Positions 57,615-64,000 of a DNA stretch of 64,000 bases are shown one piece after another; position 1 is the first letter of the stretch; the number at the start of each line of letters is the position of its first letter. Source of the stretch: an uncultured Candidatus Saccharibacteria bacterium. GTDB lineage: Bacteria; Patescibacteriota; JAUYIX01; CAYNWW01. The position numbers were made by a program, and so were the translations under genes. The stretch spans positions 39,935 through 103,934 of the forward strand of contig CAYNWW010000002.1 in assembly GCA_964401055.1 (NCBI GenBank), written 5' to 3'. A model generated the notes under the pieces. That model made no database searches and was not told the DNA's origin. It was given only the letters and a program-made list of their open reading frames with translations.

Positions 57615-59399
57615 TTAGTTTTGATCAAGCGGAATAAAACAATAAAAAGTACTCCCTAGTCCCTCTTCAGAGCTCACCCCAACAATCCCTCGATGCGCTT
57701 CAACAATTCCTTTCGCAATAGCAAGACCGAGACCCGTTCCCTTTTTTTCACTTTTTACCCTTCCGTTCACCTGCTTAAACTTGCTAAAAAGACTAGGTAT
57801 ATCACTTGGAGCAATGCCAACCCCACTATCCGTGACGGCAACAAATATACCGGGCGGCAATTTCTTGAGTCTTTCCTCGGAGTCCTTAATAAACCATTCA
57901 ATAGAGGCAGCTCCAGCCTCAGCTGCAATATCACCCGCATTTGCATGCATCAAGACGCTAATGGTGACTCGGCCGCCTTTTCCGGTAAATTTAAGCGAAT
58001 TAGATATAAAATTGTTCAAAACTTGACCGATTTTATTTGCGTCAAACAAAATCATCTCCGGTACGTGCTCGTCAATCACTGCATGTAGCTTGATTCCAGA
58101 ATCTTTTGCCAAGGGGCCAAATGCATGAACTTTCGCCTTAACCACATCTCGAATATTTGATGGTTCCACAAAAATTTGAAATTTTCCTGCTTCTATTTTT
58201 GCTTGATCAAGAAGATCATTTACTAGTTCAATCATGCTCTCCACATTACTACCCATGAGCGAAATCATTTCCTTATACTCTTTTTTTCCTGGCTTGAGAA
58301 TTCCCTCTTTAAGAAGCTGAATAGTTGAAGAAGTTCCCACAAGCGGCGTTCGCAGCTCATGCACCATCATAGATGTAAAATCTTCACGCAATCGCTCAAC
58401 TTCTTTTTCGTGAGTGATATCATGAAAAATTACTACACCGCCAAGTATTTCTTCTCCCGAAACTCCAGTTTTATTCTCGACAGGAGATACAAAAATTTGA
58501 TAAAACCTATCATGAACAAGAACATCATCTAGCGTGATTATCTTTTTCAATTTTACGCTTTCCTCAAGACGGCCTCTGATATCAAATGCACCGCCCAAGC
58601 CGTCTATAAGATCAAAAATTAAAACTTCAATTTTCTCTTCAATGCCGACGATTTTTTTTGCAGCGGGATTTATTGCCAAAATCCGATACTCCTTGTCAGT
58701 CATAACAATCCCCTCAACCATACTCTCTATCATAGAGTTGAGCTTCCGTTGTTCGTTTTCGACAACATCCTGAAGTCTACTTACGGCCTGTGATGCCTGC
58801 TTTGTAATTTTATACAAAATACTTGTTTCACTTTCGTTGTACTGACCTTCTTTTGTGTCAGCAACAGTCAATACACCAACTACCTTATTGCCAATCACCA
58901 GCGGTATATTGAAAAATGACCGAACAGGATCTTGAATTTCATCAACAGTAATTGCGCCAGAAATTACCGGTTCAACCTGACTTTTACTCAAATCTTTATC
59001 CAATAAAGCGGAGAGCGACTTAAGCATACGCCCTTTTATATCTTCGATAAACAGAGGCGAAACCGATCTCTCAAGATTTGCTTTAAAAATTATTTTCTCG
59101 GGCCCCAAAAGCATATAAGATACAACGCTATAATCCATAAAGGAGCGCAGTGATCCCGTAATCATGTCAGCAACATTCTGGACGTTGAGCGAATACCCAA
59201 CTCGCTCACCCAAATCCTTCAAAATCGCCAATTCATACAGACGATGACTAATTTCCTTTTCTTTCTTTTCGTTCTCTGTTTTGATTTTTTTCTCGAGCTC
59301 CTTTAGTCTGACGTCAACCCTCCTCCCTCTCAAAAATACAAACACAGTTGCACCAATAGACAGCACTAAAGCGGAAAAAAGTATGACGAGATCAGACAT
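57615..59399 (-). CDS. Membrane-anchored sensor histidine kinase (TM - GAF - PAS-like - HisKA - HATPase_c)
   Basis: It has an N-terminal TM (LVILFSALVLSIGATVFVFL), an H-box MVHELRTPLVGTSSTIQLL, and ATPase boxes (DSGVGIAPSD..GTGLGLAIAKG). Confidence 0.85.
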   Translation of the reverse strand: MSDLVILFSALVLSIGATVFVFLRGRRVDVRLKELEKKIKTENEKKEKEISHRLYELAILKDLGERVGYSLNVQNVADMITGSLRSFMDYSVVSYMLLGPEKIIFKANLERSVSPLFIEDIKGRMLKSLSALLDKDLSKSQVEPVISGAITVDEIQDPVRSFFNIPLVIGNKVVGVLTVADTKEGQYNESETSILYKITKQASQAVSRLQDVVENEQRKLNSMIESMVEGIVMTDKEYRILAINPAAKKIVGIEEKIEVLIFDLIDGLGGAFDIRGRLEESVKLKKIITLDDVLVHDRFYQIFVSPVENKTGVSGEEILGGVVIFHDITHEKEVERLREDFTSMMVHELRTPLVGTSSTIQLLKEGILKPGKKEYKEMISLMGSNVESMIELVNDLLDQAKIEAGKFQIFVEPSNIRDVVKAKVHAFGPLAKDSGIKLHAVIDEHVPEMILFDANKIGQVLNNFISNSLKFTGKGGRVTISVLMHANAGDIAAEAGAASIEWFIKDSEERLKKLPPGIFVAVTDSGVGIAPSDIPSLFSKFKQVNGRVKSEKKGTGLGLAIAKGIVEAHRGIVGVSSEEGLGSTFYCFIPLDQN

Positions 59400-59406
59400 G
59401 TCGTAT

Positions 59407-60129
59407 CTATTGAATAACTTTTTTAATCAAGCCGACCGACTTATAGAATCCGTAAGCAACAAAGAAATACGCCGGAAAAGTTATTAGTTGCTCAACCTTC
59501 TCAATAAAACTGGCGTCAAACATCAAAACCTTCCAGCTCTCCGTCAATAGCTCCCAGAAATGGGATATGCCGTAAAGCCCGAGAGCCACAACAAGCGGAG
59601 AAACAATAACGCGTATTGCAGGCAACAATCTTTCCTTTGCCATAAGCAGATAAAGTGCGGCACCGGTTCCGAGAACAAATGAGATAAAATGGACAAGTCC
59701 GGCTCGATCAATCAATCCCCCCTCAAAAGCTTGCAAAGAACCATCCAATGAAGGAAGTGCGATAATCCAGAGCATAGCAAAAACCAACGATCCAACGGCC
59801 GACATCTTTGCGACAAACCACGAAGGCTCCTTTTTCTTTTCAGCTTCGAATCCAAGAAGCATTTTGCCGGCTACGAGGTATGCGATAGTTGACAACCAAT
59901 GAAGCGCGTGCCAACCGAGTTGCATTGTGAACTCACCAACGCTGATAATTTCAGATTCATTCAGAAACAAAAAAATGCGAACTGTTCCAAGAAAAAATGT
60001 TCCAATCAAAAAGTAGACCACCGAAGTCCCAATCACAGACTTTCTATACAAATGCGTTAGCTGAAAAGCAAGAAAAAGCGACCACAAAACCAACAAAAAG
60101 CTGACAAAATCCATCATGATAAATCCCAT
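59407..60129 (-). CDS. Hypothetical polytopic membrane protein (240 aa, ~7 TM) between two histidine-kinase genes
   Basis: The hydrophobicity pattern shows about seven TM segments; I recognise no motif. Confidence 0.4.
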   Translation of the reverse strand: MGFIMMDFVSFLLVLWSLFLAFQLTHLYRKSVIGTSVVYFLIGTFFLGTVRIFLFLNESEIISVGEFTMQLGWHALHWLSTIAYLVAGKMLLGFEAEKKKEPSWFVAKMSAVGSLVFAMLWIIALPSLDGSLQAFEGGLIDRAGLVHFISFVLGTGAALYLLMAKERLLPAIRVIVSPLVVALGLYGISHFWELLTESWKVLMFDASFIEKVEQLITFPAYFFVAYGFYKSVGLIKKVIQ

Positions 60130-60156
60130 ATTATTTTGTAATTTTTTTTATTTACC

Positions 60157-60426
60157 CTAATCAATCTTTTTTACCGAAGGATACTTAACAAATACCGAGC
60201 TCAATGCGTTTTTCACGATCAGGCCAGAAAGCTCAACATATTGATCAATAAGCTTCTGCACAACCACTTGCGGATCACCGGTAATTTCCAAAACAACGCC
60301 TTTATCTGATATCACAAGCTCTTGTACTCGCTTGGCTCGCGCAATAGCCATCTGTGGACCAAGTATAATTGCCTGCTTTTGAATAACCTCTCCGATTAAC
60401 GACTTGTATTGTTCTTTTTCGTCCAT
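60157..60426 (-). CDS. Hypothetical small protein (89 aa)
   Basis: An ORF with a coding-like composition between the HK genes; no recognisable motif. Confidence 0.3.
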   Translation of the reverse strand: MDEKEQYKSLIGEVIQKQAIILGPQMAIARAKRVQELVISDKGVVLEITGDPQVVVQKLIDQYVELSGLIVKNALSSVFVKYPSVKKID

Positions 60427-60465
60427 AGAGTTTTAATAATTTTTCTAAATATTATTTTAATTATA

Positions 60466-62231
60466 TCACACAGGAAACTTAAACCAGAATGTACTTCCTC
60501 GCCCTTCCTCAGAAGTAAACCCGATAGACCCGCCTTGCTGCTCAATAAAATACCGCGCAACGGAAAGGCTTAAACCAGGAGCATCGGGAACGGCTAGTAT
60601 TGCGTTTTGAGAGCGAAAAAATCTTGAAAAGATCTTTTGCTTATCTACTTCTGGTATGCCAATTCCGGTATCCTTTACCTCAAAACGAACATATTTTTTT
60701 CCATTCGGATCGAAACGGTTACTGTGCCGCCAGAGCCGGTATACACAAATGAATTCCTCAGCAACTCAGCTATGATAAATCTGAGCTTTCTCGTATCAGC
60801 CAAAACCGTTACGGGCTTTTCTTTATTCGCTAAAAGCCGACAATCTATTCCTTTTGCATCATATTTTTTCTTCCAAAAAATAAGCTCAGACTTCACAAGA
60901 TCATTCAGCAAAAAACTTTCTTTGGTGAATTGAACGCGACCCTCTTCAATATCAATCGCAGTCAGAAGATCGTCTAGGCGGTTAATTATTTCGCCATCAG
61001 CGTTATATACAATTTGCAAAAAGTCTTTTTGATTTTTTTTCATCGCACCAAGCTCGCCGGCAAGCATCACTTCAAGGTTCCATCGTATTGATGTAAGCGG
61101 AGTTCTGAGCTGATGAGACATAACTCGAATAAATGCACTTTTCATCTGATCAAGCTTACTGACTTTTTCAAAGCTTTCCTCGATACTTTCGGCCATAGAA
61201 TTAATTCCGCGGCCTACTTCTGCGACCTCATCGCTTTGGTTGCTAGGAACATTTACGCGAGCTTTAAAGTTTCCGCGCTTTATTTGATCCAAAACAGTTT
61301 GCTTTTCCTTAATGCGCGAAGTAAACCTTTTGCCAAAAATAAATGCGATCATCAACACAAGTACATCTATGCCAAGCATCAATGCTCCCAACTCGATGGC
61401 ATGTTTACGCGCATCTTTATCAAGAATACCCTTATCGATTTCTACTACCGTAATCCAAGGGGTATTTTTCGAACAAAACACGGCGCCAAAAACTCGTTTC
61501 CCTTCGTAATTCAAATGCTCATCGATGATTTTTTTATCAGCATCAATACACTCGCCAATTTCTTTTGTTTCAGCCTTGTAAACAAGCGACTTATCAGGAT
61601 TGTCAAAAAATGATGCGCCGATAATAAGCTTATTCTGATCTACAAGATACGAAGCATATTCATCCCGAGGCGCGCTCGCAAGAATCTTGTTTAACTCCCG
61701 AATATCCACATGATTTATTATGACCCCAATCGTTTTTCCAGTACTCAAATCCACAATCGGCGCTGCCGCATGAAAAAATGGTATATCATGGTGGCCCGGT
61801 TCAATCTCAAGTAAAAAACCACCTGCGACGGGCTTGCCAAAATCACTTTCCAATCCTTTTAGGAACCCATATTCTCGGTCCAGATCTTCAAGGTCCTGCG
61901 TGTCATTGTAGTCAAGCCGGTCCAGTTCAGTTGAAACCATTATTCTACCCGAAACATCGCGAATATCGGTGAGTACGACATCGTCATCAAGAGACACATT
62001 CTTTGCCTTTATATAAGCTGACAATTCTTCAGCTTTTAATCGATCACGGGTCTTTAAAAGCGAGGCAAACTCTTTTCGTATATGCCCATCCAGCGACCAA
62101 TCAGCAACTCTTGCTTTGTTTATTTCAAAAAATTGAGGAATTTGATTTTCTATAATCTTTGCAGTTGCCTCAATACGAGCTTTGCGGTCTTCAAAGCTGG
62201 ACTTCATATCTTTTTGATACATATAATACAA
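60466..62231 (-). pseudogene. Sensor histidine kinase (periplasmic Cache-like sensor - TM - HAMP - HisKA - HATPase_c) with an apparent frameshift in a homopolymeric A7 tract (plus-strand T7 at 60694-60700) that truncates the ATPase domain. The track ORF 60675..62231 ends prematurely after the N-box.
   Basis: The track protein ends ...ELLRNSFVYTGSGGTVTVSIRMEKNMFVLR*. My translation of the adjacent frame continues ...YVRFEVKDTGIGIPEVDKQKIFSRFFRSQNAILAVPDAPGLSLSVARYFIEQQGGSIGFTSEEGRGSTFWFKFPV* (G1/G2 boxes), and one extra A would fuse the two frames. The annotated start is TTG, and an in-frame upstream segment encodes a TM1-like KLAIIFVFVSILPING with no ATG. Confidence 0.6.
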
Positions 62232-62310
62232 GCCGCCATTAATCGGGAGGATTGAAACAAAAACAAATATGATCGCGAGTTTTTGTTTTAAGTTTAGGCG
62301 TGGGATGTAT

Positions 62311-63456
62311 TTATTTAGAGTGTCGCGCGGTTGGCAATATCACTTCCGGATTTCTTGCGCGAATGCCGGCAGTCACATCAGCCGCAAATTCTAGCGCAGA
62401 ATCACCAAGCAAATCATGATATACATTCAGTACCTTTTCCATATTATACTGTCCCGATTCTTTTGATATGTTTTCAACAACACGAAAACCCAATTCATCT
62501 TTCGTCAATTCAACCACATCTATATTCGTAACTCTGGCAAGTGCAATTTCTTTTCCTACAAGATCGCAAATCTTGCGAATAATGGCCTCAAGCGCAGCCG
62601 AATGCGGATTCTTTAACGCAGAGACATGCTCGACTTGATTGGGAGATTGATAAATTGCCTTAATACTGCTCCACGCCCCCCGGTGAACAACATACCAAAA
62701 CACCCACAAAAACGCCCACAGGAATGGGGCCACAAAAGAACTGACTTCGGATGCTCCTTCCTTAAAAAGTGCCGCCAGTAACGGGAGGGCCAATGCGGCG
62801 CAAATGAAAACTCCCCGCGATAGACTCTTTTGCACCTTGTTCAATGAGCCCGTAACATATATCGAACTCCCCCGGAATCCAAAAGCAGCGCTTACTATAA
62901 GTGCAGCATTAAACCCAATAACTACCGAAAGCACTCCAACAAACGAATTAATCGGTTCAAAATTGGCATTTAATAAAAACACAAGCACCACAAACAAGGA
63001 AGGAATAATTAAGACACCAGGAAAACTGAGAAAAAAGTTTCTTTTGCCGGCCATTTTGTAAAATTTAAATGGGGCAATAAAAAGAAAGACGGCGCAAATT
63101 GTTTTTAGAAGAGTTGAGGCTAGAAAAGCGGTTCCCGTATTAAACAACGAATACACGCCACCCCATATGACCAACTCGCCCAAAATATAGAGAATGACTC
63201 CGCGGGCATACGATCGCCAGCCTGACCAAAATTTCCCTTTCAGCTGCGTAAATTTCCAAACTATTGGAAGTGTTGCGGCGCCTACGGTAACATTGAGGGT
63301 GTGAAATAGTGCATATAACCGCCTACCAAGTAGAGACTCCTGAGCAACGTGTTCAAAGTCCCTCGAAAAAACCCAAAAGAATTCCAACAAAAATACGATA
63401 ATCGCACAAACAATATATATCAGAATCTTCACTCTACCTGATTGTTGTTTTGTCAT
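62311..63456 (-). CDS. Paralog D of the membrane protein family, immediately upstream of the Cache/HAMP histidine kinase
   Basis: It shares the motifs LKGKFWSGWRSY, YKMAGKRNFFLSFPG, NPHSAALEAIIRKICDLVGKEIA and YHDLLGDSALEFAADVTAGIRARNPEV. Confidence 0.6.
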   Translation of the reverse strand: MTKQQSGRVKILIYIVCAIIVFLLEFFWVFSRDFEHVAQESLLGRRLYALFHTLNVTVGAATLPIVWKFTQLKGKFWSGWRSYARGVILYILGELVIWGGVYSLFNTGTAFLASTLLKTICAVFLFIAPFKFYKMAGKRNFFLSFPGVLIIPSLFVVLVFLLNANFEPINSFVGVLSVVIGFNAALIVSAAFGFRGSSIYVTGSLNKVQKSLSRGVFICAALALPLLAALFKEGASEVSSFVAPFLWAFLWVFWYVVHRGAWSSIKAIYQSPNQVEHVSALKNPHSAALEAIIRKICDLVGKEIALARVTNIDVVELTKDELGFRVVENISKESGQYNMEKVLNVYHDLLGDSALEFAADVTAGIRARNPEVILPTARHSK

Positions 63457-63506
63457 ATATAATTTTACTTTTGCGTTTATTATACAGCATTGCTATGATG
63501 TTAGCC

Positions 63507-64000
63507 ATGAATACGACCCACCAGAACGCTAAAACTTACCATATTTTGACCTATGGCTGCCAGATGAACGAGGCTGATTCCGAGCGGATCGCCGGCGTTT
63601 TTGAGTCGGTCGGAATGCGACGGGCGGCGCGTGAGCGTGACGCGGATTATATTGTCGTAAATACGTGCTCCGTGCGGCAAAAAGCCGAGGATCGCGTGTA
63701 TGGGAAAATGCTTGTGTATGAGGATATTAAGCGCGAGCGGCCGTCGACCAAGATTATTGTGACCGGCTGTATGATTGGGAAGGTGTCGCGGAATTATAAA
63801 AAAGACAACGCGGCTGCGATTTTGAAACGCTTGAAGCACAATTTGCCGATCGTGGATTATTTCATGGACATCAGCAATTTGGATCTGTTTCGCGAGCAGC
63901 TGCAACACGACAATGTGTCGGAAGAATTGCTCATGCAGTTGCGCAGCGAGACCAATTATCTCGAAGTGCAGCCTGTCTATGACAAGCGTTATAAGGCATA
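63507..64000 (+). CDS. Radical-SAM methylthiotransferase (MiaB/RimO family), 5' portion, truncated by the window end (an alternative in-frame start is at 63495).
   Basis: My translation reads MNTTHQNAKTYHILTYGCQMNEADSERIAGVFESVGMRRA...DYIVVNTCSVRQKAEDRVYG...IIVTGCM, which matches the MTTase N-terminal domain with its conserved Cys triad. It is not in the ORF track because no stop falls in the window. Confidence 0.7.
   Translation, partial: MNTTHQNAKTYHILTYGCQMNEADSERIAGVFESVGMRRAARERDADYIVVNTCSVRQKAEDRVYGKMLVYEDIKRERPSTKIIVTGCMIGKVSRNYKKDNAAAILKRLKHNLPIVDYFMDISNLDLFREQLQHDNVSEELLMQLRSETNYLEVQPVYDKRYKA

Noticed and set aside
60637-60933. Track ORF 60637..60933 (+)
   Set aside because: It is antisense to the 3' end of the frameshifted histidine kinase, which is better explained as the continuation of the kinase's ATPase domain on the minus strand.
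63501-63908. Track ORF 63501..63908 (-)
   Set aside because: It is antisense to the MiaB/RimO-like N-terminal domain encoded on the plus strand from 63507.

Overview
This is a gene-dense bacterial chromosomal window of about 50% GC with short gaps and many 1-4 nt gene overlaps. The small-genome, monoderm-like features suggest a Patescibacteria/CPR-like organism, but that is an inference. Core translation and replication genes I can support are rplJ-rplL, rpmG, four tRNAs (Thr-Tyr-Thr and Trp), rpsB-tsf-pyrH, rpmE, prfA-prmC, greA, rplY, a complete F1Fo ATP synthase operon (atpZ-like, then atpBEFHAGDC), dnaE, thrS, a 5'-partial miaB/rimO-like gene and a partial sortase at the window start. Cell-envelope genes include mltG, a mannose-1-P guanylyltransferase, uppS, rodA/ftsW, a PrsW-like protease, FG-GAP proteins and a DUF3048-like protein. 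The most unusual content is a co-directional gene string of about 12.7 kb on the minus strand, in order RR, HK, HK, class II diterpene cyclase, class I terpene synthase, HK, polyprenyl-PP synthase, UppS, ManC, MltG. Its two terpene cyclase genes lie in a distinctly AT-rich block and carry the diagnostic DxDD/SAYDTAW and DDxxD/NSE motifs. This block sits between tRNA-Trp and rplJ, where secE-nusG-rplK-rplA normally lie. The second unusual region spans 52.5-63.5 kb and holds four paralogous multi-TM proteins of an unrecognised family interleaved with sensor histidine kinases. One of those kinases has an apparent frameshift in an A7 tract and one paralog is split. Several strong intrinsic terminators are present, as well as an 18-bp perfect hairpin abutting the atpB start and an 11-bp-spaced direct repeat upstream of the response regulator.
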